A stretch of 64,000 nt of DNA, from positions 62,001 through 126,000 of the forward strand of contig NIVC01001995.1 of NCBI GenBank assembly GCA_002269645.1, read 5' to 3'. This document shows positions 37,188 to 49,689 of the stretch, piece after piece. Source of the DNA: Macrostomum lignano. Lineage: Eukaryota. A program made the position numbers and the translations under genes. The first letter of the stretch is position 1, and the number at the start of each line of letters is the position of its first letter. The notes under the pieces are model-generated. The model saw nothing but the letters and a program-made list of their open reading frames with translations. It was not told the DNA's origin and did not search any database.

Positions 37188-39492
37188 CTACATCAGGTAG
37201 CGTCTATCAACAACATAGACTTTTCCATTGTCGCAGCCGATAGCAGCTTGGCCACTTTCCAACGGGCAGAGGCAGATCGCTGGCCAAGGCGTCTTCACCG
37301 ACTGGAAGCTGGCGCGCCACAAGTTGACGCCAAGGAAGCTGAAAACGCGAAGGGTCCGGTCGCTGGTCCAGCAGCACAGCAGCAGGCGGTCGCCAAAGAA
37401 CTCCAGGCAAGGCGGCGTCTCCGATTCGAACGTCCCGCCGTCTGGCGCGCCCCAGTCGCTCGCCTCAACTGTAGTTTTAGCCGGCTTCAGATGGAACGCG
37501 CGCAGACAGTAGGTGCGGAGAGTCACGTGGTCGAGGACGCACAGCCTGGCCGCAGTCGGATTCCAGGCCAGTCGCATCGGCGCCGACAATCGCAGTTTGT
37601 CACGAGCCAGCGTCGCTTTGCAAGTTTTAGGTGCGGTCAGGGAGACCAGGTAGATACCCTGGCTTGGCGAGCAAATTGCCAGAAACTTGCCAGTGCTCAC
37701 GGCGTCCTCGGGTGCAGACAGGCGGTGACTGCAGAATGTTATTTAGGAGAAAGATAGATTCCACTAGCCGTTTATACTAGCAACGCACACACATACGTGT
37801 AAGTCACTATTGGCTAAGAAAAGTTATGTAACATCTGGCCCATCCCGCCACATCAGTTTCTGTGGCTATGATTCATACAATGCACACTTACAGTAAGCGT
37901 CTGGAAGAAATATGAGACTTACACGCAGCTAAAATACGGACCAACAGTGAGAATCGGTGACAAGTTTTGCCTGGCCAACAGGTGCACCTGACAGTTGCAC
38001 TTGTCAATTAGGATAAGCGCGTCCCATTCTCTAAACGAGCGAATACGATAGGCATTCTTTACGTGAGGGCCAATGTTGCGAGCTGTGCTAAACTTTCCAC
38101 TTGAATCGTACACGGAAATACTTTTTGGGTACGACTCAATTGAGTAGAATTCGTCAGGTAAATAGGCTAGTGACTTCGCTTTCTCACGGAGACTAATTGA
38201 AAGTTGGCAAGGAAACGGCGAGGAATCGCTACTCGAGGAATTTCGATGCTTACTAGTCGTAGATGAGGAATTTAAAGACTGGTCTGTTGATGTAAAGTGA
38301 TGTGACGCCTTTAGCTTATCCATGTGAGACGGTACCGACTTCTTTTTAACAATACACGGAGATTCACTTAGGATTGAAACGGAATAGCCTTTGCCGGTAT
38401 CTGATACAGACGCACTTTGTCCAGAAGCTGACACAGGTGTACCTTTTCCAGTCGCAGAAGGCATAGATGCACCTTTACCTGTCGCTGACGGCATAGATGC
38501 ACCTTTACCTGTCGCTGACGGCATAGATGCACCTTTACCTGTCGCTGACGGCATAGATGCACCTTTACCTGTCGCTGACGGCATAGATGCACCTTTACCT
38601 GTCGCTGACGGCATAGATGCACCTTTACCTGTCGTTGACGGCATAGATGCACCTCTTCCAGTAGCTGACACAGACGAGTAGCGGCTATTTTGAGCTGATG
38701 CGGAACCAATTTTAGTAGAAGCAGACACATTACCACCTTCATCAGAGGTTGTTTCAGATGCGCCTTTGTTGGCATCCAATGTTATTTCTGTATTGAATAC
38801 GGAACTCTGTAATGGTTTATAATAGTAGTTATAATCACATGCATGCGATTGACTTTATATGATCGTATATTTTTCAAGTGAACTGATAGACACCATCAAC
38901 TCACTTGTACACCAGCTTGCTTATTTTGAACTTCTGACAAAGCAGAGCGCAAGTTCTCCGTGCTAAGCAGTGAATACGCAGAGAGAATTTCGCTTTCTTC
39001 ATCACTCTCAACCTTCGCAGCGTCCACAGATGAGGCGAACGGGTTGTCTGCCTGGCGCCTCATCGTCCACTCGTCGTGCCAACTGATCTTTAGACTTTCC
39101 AGCAGACGCTCCGTTCGCCGCTTGGCCAGTTTTGTATCGAACTGCCCGATCTGCAGCAGGTCAGCTTCGCACCGCAGGCAAGCGTCAAGCCTCTGCTCGA
39201 CATCGCAGTGAGTCGCTGAGTGATCAGACTTATGATCACCGGAGCCCGTCAACTTCTCTGCATCCTCGGCAATAATGAGACTATTAATTCGCTGTTCAGA
39301 TGTCAGAGAGTGATCTTGTATCTCTCTGAGCAGGCCGGCTCTGCAAGTCTCCAACTTGGCGATTGTATCGTTGAAAAACTCGTTCACCTGCCTGAGCAGC
39401 TCTTTGTTGTCAGATGCGCGGTTAATCAGCGACCGGAGCTGCGTAGACTTGAACTGCATTGCCCCCGTGTCTATTATTGATGAGCGAGACAT
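37188..39492 (-). CDS. Array paralog C: coiled coil + repeat-containing linker + NHL-like propeller, about 670 aa
   Basis: Exons 38905-39492, 37923-38806, 37188-37728 (2013 nt, phases 0 and 2). QVNEFFNDTIAKLETCRAGLL, RRQADNPF, SAPEDAVSTG, APMRLAWN. Confidence 0.85.
38445..38660 (-). repeat. Coding 30-bp repeat (ATGKGASMPS, about 7 copies) in the paralog C linker
   Basis: GCATAGATGCACCTTTACCTGTCGCTGACG tandem copies, in frame within ORF 37919..38779. Confidence 0.92.
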
Positions 39493-40117
39493 TCGGCAAG
39501 CTGAAATAGGACGTTAGAAAATACGCGTAAATTACAACTGCTACGGTGCAAGACTGACTGGCTTCAAGGTAAAACAGCTGCAACTGTAAGCTCGTTTTAA
39601 CCACAATTAGAGCTTAGAAACGTTAGATAGATAGCCTATTTGGTGCCCAAGCTATACTGTCATTTGTCTGAAGCTTCACGTCTGGCTCTATCTGAAATAT
39701 TTTTGACAGCCTTTAAAAGAAAATTACCTAGTACTGTGGAGGTTCTACCACCGGAACCTCCCTATGTAACTAAAATTCAATGCATAATAGCAAAAAAAGC
39801 AAAGAAGCATAGCAATTCCAAAAAAGCCAATGGCAAAAGTATATATTTAAATGCCCACTTTGACGCCACACAATCAGTAAAACGCAGCTGCTTGAACGAA
39901 CAAACTTGCTAGACATGGAAGCTTCTCTAAAAAAGAAATGCTAGCTTTGAACGACAAAAACGGTGACCACAAAAAGAATAAATTTATATAAAAACTCTTA
40001 TGAGAGGTTAATAAATATACTTGACGAAACCTAATAGGACCCCAGACACAGAAATTATTTAGTGCCTTTAGACAGTTTTGCATTGCCACCAGCACAAGCT
40101 CTACTTGCTCAAGCTAA

Positions 40118-42517
40118 TTACGGCTCGAGGCGCAGCAGGCTGACGCGGCAGCCGCGCTTATCGCAGACTGCCAGGCGACTGCCGCCATCCCCGACCGGAT
40201 CGTCGACCCAGCAAACGTCGGTCAGACGCTCCCAGTTACCGAACTCACACGTGTAGTTCAGCCTGCGCAGCGGATTTCGGTCCAGTCGACGAAAAGATTC
40301 ATCGCGAAACTGCATCAACTCGTAGCCATCGACGATGACGGCCAACGGCGAAAAGCCGCTGCCGCCAGACGGCAGGTAGGCGATCTCGGGCGTCCTGTCC
40401 GAGGCCAGGCACGCGTAGAATTCACTGTTCAGCATGAGACCACCTGACGGTTTGTGACAGTTGGCGAATTCAAAAGCGCGCGCAACGTAGCGACCGTCTT
40501 CATCGTCCACAACCACCAGATGGCCGGCCGACTCGCACCAGGCCATGCGGACCGGCTGCTCGAGGTCCAGATATTCGCAGGTCTGCGTCACCACGCGAAC
40601 GGCGCTGTAAGCGGAGTCGACAACAAGGATAAAAATGCCAACCAATGGGCAACAGATAAAGAGACAGCTGCCGTTGCTCACAGCCTGCTCAGGATTCTCA
40701 AGAAAGTACCTGAAAATGAGAACATTTGATTGATCTTGTTTACGAGTGGAAACTTGCTTATATTATAGTTTGTCCGCTAACTAGAGCGAACTCTAATAAT
40801 ACCGACCATGGCTAGAACACATGATAATAATCAACCACAGAAGGCTTGCACTACTACGGAGGCAGTGTAACTTTAGGTTCAGTTGGTTTGCAGGCGGCTT
40901 TTAGCACTGTGGCAAATCAAGGCGAGTCAATCTACAGCCCATGACAGGATAAACATCCACGCCCATTTTTTTTAACCACCCTGAGCACGCAGGTATGTGC
41001 TCACATAGGGAGCATAGCGACCCAGACTTTTTATCGTCAGGCATGTACAAACTCTGTGCTTTAGGGGTTTGGCCCAGATGTAAGACAATCGCACAATCCC
41101 CAAATCAATATTTTAGTGCACGGGGCCCAAATTAATGTGGTCGCGCACGCCATCAAACCTGGTGACTTTGGTGCGAGAGTCGGGCGCGTTACCGCTGAGC
41201 AGCTCTACTATTCCCTCAAGTGGAATCAGATCAGGAGTTCAGAAAACTTCAACATGTAAATCAAAGCAGATCCACAACAGCGTATTAGACATCACTGGCC
41301 AGCCTCACAACTGATCAAATGATGAAACTAGACCGGGAAACGTTTAAAAATGTTTAGAATTCTAACGCTCACCTAGCACTAACTTTAGGACCGATTTCCA
41401 ACTCGCAGCGGTGCTTCGAATCGACACAAAGCACCATATCGTTGCGTTTGTCAACAGTGATGAGCCAGTCGTTAGTTTTACACGAGCTAAGCCGATAGGC
41501 TTTCGTATGCTGCATTTCCACGCCATCAAAATCTGTGACTCGAAGCTGGCCGCGATACTTTCCGCTAACTGCATCGTACCTGTGAACAGAGTTCTTCTCC
41601 ACAGTGTAGAATTTACCATGAATACTGGCGATAGAATAAGGCGAATTCATAGTGCGAAACTGCTGCACATACAATTTGGCATCGTGATCGACTCTGTTAG
41701 GTGAACCTAAGGCTGTTGAGTAGCTAGAACCACTTGAATTAGGACTAAACCCAGTAGCAGCCATGTTGCTTTGGTTCGTGTTAACCAAGGTGGTACGGGC
41801 AACTCCAGTAGCAGCAGCCAAGTTGCTTTGATTCGTGTTACCCAAGATGGTACGGGCAACTCCAGTAGCAGCAGTCATGTTGCTTTGATTCGTGTTACCC
41901 AAGGTGGTACGGGCAACTCCAGTAGCAGCAGTCATGTTGCTTTGATTCGTGTTACCCAAGGTGGTACGGGAAACTCCAGTAGCAGCAGTCATGTTGCTTT
42001 GATTCGTGTTACCCAAGGTGGTACGGGCAACTCCAGTAGCAGCAGTCATGTTGCTTTGATTCGTGTTACCCAAGGTGGTACGGGCAACTCCAGTAGCAGC
42101 AGCCATGTAGCTTTGGTTCGCGTTTCCAACGGTGCTATGAAAAACTTCAGTGGCGGCCATGTTGCTTTGGTTAGCGCTATTTGCTCCACTAACTGTGCCA
42201 CCAGTAGCTGTATAAACAGTATTGTAGTTAGAAGATCTTGAAGGCTCGACAGAGTTTTCCGATACCACAGTGTCAGGTGTCCAGTCAAGCCGCAGACAAT
42301 CCAAAAGATGGCTGACGCGCCTACCAGCTTCTGACAAGTCCAGGCCGATTCGCGGTGCACTGGACGATTCAGATGGAGCAGAAATTGTTTCGCTAAGCTG
42401 GCGATACAGCTCCGACTGACGCCGCTCGAGCTCGCTGACGGTCTCTTCAAAGAAGCCGCCTAGGCGGGCGCGCAGCAAGCGTAGCTGCTGCTGCTGCTCA
42501 ACGTTGGATTGTTGCAT
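40118..42517 (-). CDS. Array paralog D: short coiled coil + repeat linker + NHL-like propeller, about 578 aa
   Basis: Exons 41373-42517 and 40118-40709, phase-2 intron (AG/gtgagc..tttcag/G). RLGGFFEETVSELERRQSEL, SPYSIASIHG, AYRLSSCKTNDWLITVDK, ENPEQAVSNG, EQPVRMAWC. Confidence 0.85.
40966..41207 (-). mobile_element. Probable tRNA-derived SINE in the paralog D intron
   Basis: Minus strand reads GAGCTGCTCAGCGGTAACGCGCCCGACTCTCGCACC..CCAGGTTTGAT (A-box-like and degenerate B-box-like), ending GGGTGGTTAAAAAAAA. Confidence 0.45.
41770..42170 (-). repeat. Coding 60-bp repeat (NTNQSNMTAATGVARTTLG-type, about 6 copies) in the paralog D linker
   Basis: In-frame tandem copies within ORF 41369..42517. 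Confidence 0.92.
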
Positions 42518-43197
42518 CGGATGTACGCGAAGTTGGAGTCTGAGCGTGAGAAGCCACTTGGAAAAACGAAATAATTTTGTCGTTACCAGGCAAGCTGAAA
42601 GCAGCGGGAGAATGATGTGATTAAAAAGGATAAAATCGGAACTAAAACAGTGCAGTTCTATCTACATGCATAGTTTACCACGCAAAACACATTTAATAAG
42701 GACTAAGGCCTAAAATTGAAGGCCAAAATTCAATTCCATTCAGCTAAAGTAAAGGAAGACAAAATCTAAACTTAATTTTTTTTCAAATTTAAGTTAGGTA
42801 TTAAGTATTAAGTAATAAGTTAGTATTAAGTATTAACTTAGGTATTACTTTTCGAGCAGTAAATTTTAATTACAGATGTTAGTTACATCAAAAAGTCAAA
42901 AAGAACATGACTTATACCAATCAAGATTGCTCAGAAGATGTAAAGCTGCTGCATGAGCATTATATTTTCTCCGTTTATTAATCATACTTGATCGATACAA
43001 CTACTGAATTCTGTAGAAAATATGATAGCTAAAGAGGAATGTATGAAAACCGAAAAATATAGGCAATAAAAATATGTCTCAGAAATATGATACGTGCTGA
43101 ATCAGCAGTATACTTGATCCGCTGTACAAACGGAACAAAACAAACGGAATTCTAATCAAAGCAGTTTGATTTCGGGTTTAAGCAGTGTTGCTAAAAT

Positions 43198-45051
43198 TTA
43201 GCAGGTGTTTAGTAATCGAATCCATCGAGTTTTCTTATCGCAAACTGCAACGCGGAATTCGTCAACAACGCAAAGGTCCGTGATATGCCCCCAGTTGGCG
43301 GGCTTGCTAAAACTGTACAACTCATGGCACTGGGGGTCATACAAACACTCCCGATTGAAGGCTCCTACATATGTTTTATTGTGAGTGAAAACAACTCTAT
43401 CGGAGTCAGGTAAGCAGACGAAATCTGGCTCATAATCCGACTGAATACTCATACAATGATCGCTGGCCTTGGCAAGGCCGCCAGCAAAAGACGACCCAGT
43501 GACCTCCAATGCGTGAAACGTGTAAGAGGCAGAGTGACCTTCGTCGTTTATAACTATTAATCGATTGGTTGCGAGACTCCAAGCGATGCGAATAGGCCGC
43601 GACAAGCCAATGTGCTCAATTGTTTGTGTCACACTCCTGTTGTCGCTGAATCTTACAATAAATATAGCCTGCTCAGGACAGCAGATAAACAAATGACTGC
43701 CGTTGCTAACAGCATCGGTTGGATCTTGAAGTTTGTACCTGAAAAGGAGTAGAAAGCAGTGAAGATTTTTTGAATTGTGCTAAAGTTGGATCAATTTACG
43801 AGAATCGTAGAATCGTGAATACTCGCACGCTTGCTATAGGCCTACTTACTTGGCACTAATACGAGGCCCAGCCTGAAACCGGACAACACCGCCCGAGTCA
43901 ACACACAGGACTCGATCATTATCGCACTCAATAATCAATAACCAATCGTTTTTAGTGCAACGTCGAACGTACAGAGGTCGATAATCGACAGGATTACATT
44001 CATCATCAGTTAAGGCCAGTTTGCCCAAACAGCGCCCGTCCTGACAGCGGTATTGTCGAATGCAGCCGCCCTCAACTGTATAGAATTTGTCATGCACGTA
44101 GGTGAGAGACTTCGGCGCACCAACAGTGCGACAGTCTTCTATCTCACGAAAGATGGACGTATCGGAAGAATCAGACGAAGGAGAGTCGGATATGCTCGGT
44201 GGGCGGTCGTCTGCATCGAAACTTGCGTCATGCTGCAAATATGATAAGCCATTAGCACCTGCTGGTTGGATGCTTAAAGGCTGTGTTGCGCTTAGCGGCG
44301 GAAACATATCGATAGCAGAGACACTACCGGAATGCGTTGGAGTGTGATCTAATCTATAAGGATTAGGCGTTTCGGCACTGGACGATTGACTGCCAGTTGC
44401 GTCGCAAGCTTTGCGACTGTCGGAAGGCGTCAGGACATGCGAGAAGTCGATTGAGCCGCTTGAAGCAAACTCTCCGTAGGCGGACTCTGTCGTAGGCGGC
44501 TCAGAAACCGTTGCCGACGACGCACCTGCAGCAAATGGATTGTCGGCCCGGCGCTGCCGCACCCAATCGGCATCTTCGCCATCGCCATCATCATGACAGC
44601 TCGAGTTTAACCGAAGACAGGACAGTAAACGGCGAGTCCGACGTTCAGCCTCGGCGAGGTCGATGCCAGGTTGCTCTCGCAAGGCGATGGCATCATCCAG
44701 GCGTCGCAGAAGGTCGACCGAGGCGGCTTCCGAACAGACTGCTGAGGCCGCTTCGGCAGCTTCTGTCAGCAGCGTTTGTTCCTTCCCAGTATTTGCCGCC
44801 GCCGCTGCAGCTAACCGACGGTCGAGAGCTGCCTTCAGTTCTGTCCTGCGCCGCTCGAACCTTCGCAGCGTCTCATCGAAGTATGCGTCTAACTGAGTGC
44901 GCAGCTGTCGAGTCTGTGTCTCAGCTGCGCTAATCTGGTGTAAATTTTCGTATTCGGCTGCAGATTCGGCCGCGCTCAGCAAACGCTTCAGTTGTGTCGC
45001 TTTGACTCGAATCAAGTCAACATTAGCGCTTGCCTTTTCCGTGTTAAGCAT
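43198..45051 (-). CDS. Array paralog E: coiled coil + linker + NHL-like propeller, about 580 aa
   Basis: Exons 43850-45051 and 43198-43738, phase-2 intron (AA/gtaagt..tttcag/G). Start assigned to MLNTEK by homology (LIRVKATQLKRLL). RRADNPF, IDFSHVL and six recognisable blades. Confidence 0.85.
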
Positions 45052-48000
45052 TCTTTTTTTCTTTAGTGTAATTGTGCCAGAAAAAAGGTATGAGCAAGCA
45101 CGAAATATTTTTTTACACACAGAAGCACAATTAAACGACCCAACAGCCATCCTACGAATCGTATATAGCTGCTTTTTAGAATTACTAGGCCAACTAATTT
45201 TGTACAATCTGATATTAATCGCTATTATTCATAATATAATAATACTCGTTCCCTAGTGACTCAGTGAGAAATCAATCGAACTATATAGACGGAAGATTGA
45301 AGAGGAAAAAATATATATTTAAATGCTTGTTAATACCTCAAGCGACATTCAAAACTGCTTCCACGAACTCGTGACAGTGAAAGAAAGAGATACTCGTATT
45401 TAAACATAGAAAATAAATAGACCACAAAATAATACTTTTTAACATTAAATAATTCTGACAAAGCAAACGGCCACCTGTAAATACAAGCTACGAGCTACAT
45501 AAGTATTGCAAAAGCTGCAGCAAGCCAGAAAAGTCAAGCTTAGCACAAAAATACATTAATAAATTGCTAATCCATCTTTGGCAAAAATAGAAAAAGAAAA
45601 ACTTTACCAGATTGCTGTTACGATTATAATGACAAGCGAAGTTAAAGTATTAAACTGACAATAGGGAGAAATACTTTGAATGAAATGCACAAACTACCAT
45701 ATATGCTCAGCAACAGCCAAAAGTTCCACCCTCCAAGCGAGATTAAAATTTTCTCACTCATTGCGACAACTTCTCACTCACAATTCAACCCTCAAATTAC
45801 GCAACCAAGCCGCTGCGAGGAAGGAAAAGTTGATTGAATCAATAATAAATGTCAGTTACAAAAAATCATAAGTTTATGTTTCATGCAAAACGCATTTAGA
45901 ATCGCGATACTTAATAAGGCATGTGGGATCCCCTAGCACGCAGAATCTGCGGGGCATCCCCAGGATGAGGCGGCGCAGAAAGTCCTGGGGAAGACATGCT
46001 CTATGATGGATTCTTGTCTGGGGACCGAGAAGGCCAGCGCAGAGTGCGCAACTGTTCTTTCAGTTGATTAACAGCATCAGCTCGATGTGGCGGCTTTTGT
46101 TTTGTACCATTAAACAGACCCCAGCCACCCCAAGGTGGCAATAAGCTTCGCGCGTGCCGTAAGCTGCGTCACTTGCAATAGGTGAAAAAAAATTCATCTT
46201 TCTTGGAGGGTGGAACTTTTGACTGTTGCTCAGTACATATCTACGAAAATTTTCGCACAATGAACAACTCAAAAGTACTAAACGGTTATCTGCCATTCAG
46301 GTGACCTAAAAAAACATTTCATTTCATGCTTAGTACGCGAATCCATCGAGTCTTCTTGTCGCATACAGCCACCAGACCCTCGCATACGACACAGATACCG
46401 GAGAGTAGCTGTGACTGGACAAATCTGCACGTAGAATCGGTCTCGCCTGGGGGATTATAGAATATCTCACTGCCGAATAGGGTGACTTTAGAGTCGTTAG
46501 AAGTGTAAACAACTTTATCAGACTCAGGAAAGCAAACAAGATCCGGCTCGTTGTAAGAATCCAATTTCAAATATGAAATATTGGCCTTTGAAAGACCACC
46601 AATTCCACCACCAGTGACGTCAAACACATCCACAGTGTATGAGCCATTGTCTTTGTTGTCCATTACAATCAACCGACTGGTCACCTCACTCCAGGCAAGG
46701 CGAATGGGCCTGGATAAGCGCAGATGCTCTTTGGTCTGCGTCACAGTCCTACCGTCACTGATTCGTACAAAGAAAATGGCTTGTTCAGGACAGCAAATGA
46801 ACAGATGAGTGCCGCTGCTCACCGCTTGTACCGGGTCTTCTAGTGAGTATCTAAAAAGTAAGAATTACTTGGATATGCAGATAAAGAATGTTTAATAAGA
46901 GTGCACGTGGCAACTGTGAACAACAGCGAAATGATTTAACGAAGCTACAACTTACTTCGCACTGATACGAGGTCCGAATATTCGCTCCGCAGTGCCGAAT
47001 ATATTGACGCAAACGACACAACAATTTTCCTTGTCGACAATCAACAGCCAGTCATTGGTAGCGCAGCTGTGAAGAGAAAATGGCCGAATATGCTCCATAG
47101 GTTCTCCATCCTCGTCAACCAGTGCTAGTTTTCCCAGGCAGCGACTATCTTGCCAACTGTATTTACGAATACAGCCGTCTTCTACTGTGTAGAATCTGTT
47201 GTGCACGAATGCGATGGACTTCGGTGCACCAATAGTATGACAGTCGCTCATATCGAATAACCCAGACGATAGACTTGTTGATTCGTCATCAGAAGCATCA
47301 GCACTATAAAGCTTGTCTCCCGTGTTATGAAGGCTGGACGATTCGCAGCTACCTGAATTCGATTTATAATTAAGTCTATCAAAATCATAATTAAATGAAG
47401 ATGGCTCTGCTGAGCATAGTCTCTGACTGGTGTGCGTGGAACTTGTGACGGGACTGTCACCAGCAATAGCATCATTCGCCAATGGAGTCACAGACGCTGA
47501 AATTGTATGTTTGCTACGGTCGGAATCTTCAGAGCGAAGATTGCCAGTGGAATTAGTAGACTTGGCGTATAGCACGTAGATCTTTCTAGCCTTGTGGTCG
47601 CACACGGCCAAACGATCTTCGTCAATGACGCATATGTCTGAGAGGCGCTTCCACTCGTCGAATTTGCACAGCATTGTGGCCATTTTTATGGGTATATTAA
47701 ACGAATAGTAGTCAAACTGCATCAATTCAGTGCCGTAAGAAGTGTAAACAACTCTGCCAGACTTGGCTAAGCAAACAAGATCAGGGTCGTAGTTGGAATA
47801 TAATTTCAAATAAGAGTCGTTGACCATCGAAAGACCACCAATTCCACCACCAGTGACGTCAAACACATCCACAGTGTATGAGCCATTGTCTTTATCGTCC
47901 ATTACAATCAACCGACTGGTCACCTCACTCCAGGCAAGGCGAATGGGCCTGGTTAAGCGCAGATGCTCTTTGGTCTGCGTCACAGTCCTACCGTCACTGA

Positions 48001-49689
48001 TTCGTACAAAGAAAATGGCTTGTTCAGGACAGCAAATGAACAGATGAGTGCCGCTGCTCACCACTTGTACCGGGTCTTCTAGTGAGTACCTAGAGTGAAT
48101 AATTACAAAAGATATTTTTATATTCTGAGGCTTCAAATGAGACAAGAGACCTCTCAGGTCAGAAAACAATGATCATATTTTATTCTATGTGAACTTCTAT
48201 AATTAGGTCAGATTAGCATACTTATTTTAGTGCTGAGTACTTTTGATAAAAAATTAAGCTAAATACAGAACAAGGATACGCTAGAATCCTAGGTTATATG
48301 AATTGAAGCAAACAGTTTCAGCTGACGACGTACTTAGCACTAACTCGTGGTCCAAATTTGAATCTCACAATTTCGTATGAATCGACACAAGCAACACGAC
48401 AATTAACCATGTCGACGATCAACAACCAATCGTTGGTGTCGCAGCTTCGAACAGAATAGGGAGTAACATCTACAGACTCATCGTCTTCGTTAGTCAAGTT
48501 TAGCTTGCCTAGACAGCGTAAATCCTGCAAGCGGTATTTCCGAATGCAGTCCCCCTCCACTGTATAAAATCGTCCGTGTACGAAGGTCAAAGACACCGGA
48601 GCACTGACAGTATCGAAATTAGCCAATTCCTCACAGAAGTGTAATGATTCCGAGGACGGAAAATCAGAATTAGAAGAACTGCTTGGTTTGAACTCTACAG
48701 CTGCCTCTTGGTAATCAAAGTTGTCAGGCATATCCTGATAACTTGTAGATTCAATACGCTCTAAGTTGATTTTGGATTCAACCATCTCCTTTCTATCGGA
48801 CGCATCAATAGTAGGATGTGCGCTTCTATAAAAACTAGCCTCTTTGGAGATATTTTCCGAAATCTTCTTTAATGATGAAAACTCGCAAGGACCAAAGCCA
48901 GTAATAATCTTTGTCGAATCGTAAGAATTTTCAGCTGAGGCTGCCTGCGGGCCGCTATCGTTCATTTCATTGGTTAAATGCTTACAAACATTAGACGCGC
49001 TCAACACTCCACTGTCAGAAATGTTTTCAGGGCCACTCCATGGCGATAGGACACGTGAGAAGTCAATTGAGCCGTTTGACGCGATCTGTCCGTAGGCAGA
49101 CTCTTGAGCAGGCTCAGAAACCGTGGCTGGCGACGCACCCGCAGCAAACGGATCGTCGGCCCGACGCTGCCGCATCCAGTCAGCATCTTCCTCGTCACAG
49201 CCATCTTGATGGCTCCAAGCAAACGTCAGACAGGCCAGTAAACGACGAGTGCGACGTTCCGCCTCGGCGAGGTCGATGCCGGAACCATCGTCACCATCGA
49301 CGCTGGGTCGCTCGCGCAGGGCGATGGCTTCGTCCAAGCGTCGCATAAGATCGACCGAGGCGGCATCAGATGAGCCTGCTGATAAAAAAGCATTCGCTCC
49401 AGCTAGCAACGTCTGTTCCGCTCCGTCACCTGCAGCAGCAGCAACCACTAATCTCCGCTCGAGAGCTGCCTGCAATTGCGCCTGGCGCTGTCCCAGCTTC
49501 CGCAACGTCTCGTCGAAGAAAGAATTGAATTATAAGGGCCACAATTCATGTTCTCCAATTGAAAAGAGATAGCCCTGATGCGAACACACTGGAATGCTAA
49601 TGTAGCGACCTAGGTTTGAATCTTAGTAGTGCAAAAAAATTTTTTTATTAAAACACTTAAAAAAACAAAAAATGCTAAATATAAAAGAA

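Noticed and set aside
45052-45207. 52-aa N-terminal extension of paralog E given by the ORF track
   Set aside because: Family homology starts at MLNTEK; the upstream part is AT-rich spacer-like sequence.
45958-45990. Hammerhead ribozyme
   Set aside because: The core reads CAGGATGA, not CTGATGA, and stems I and III with the cleavage triplet cannot be built.
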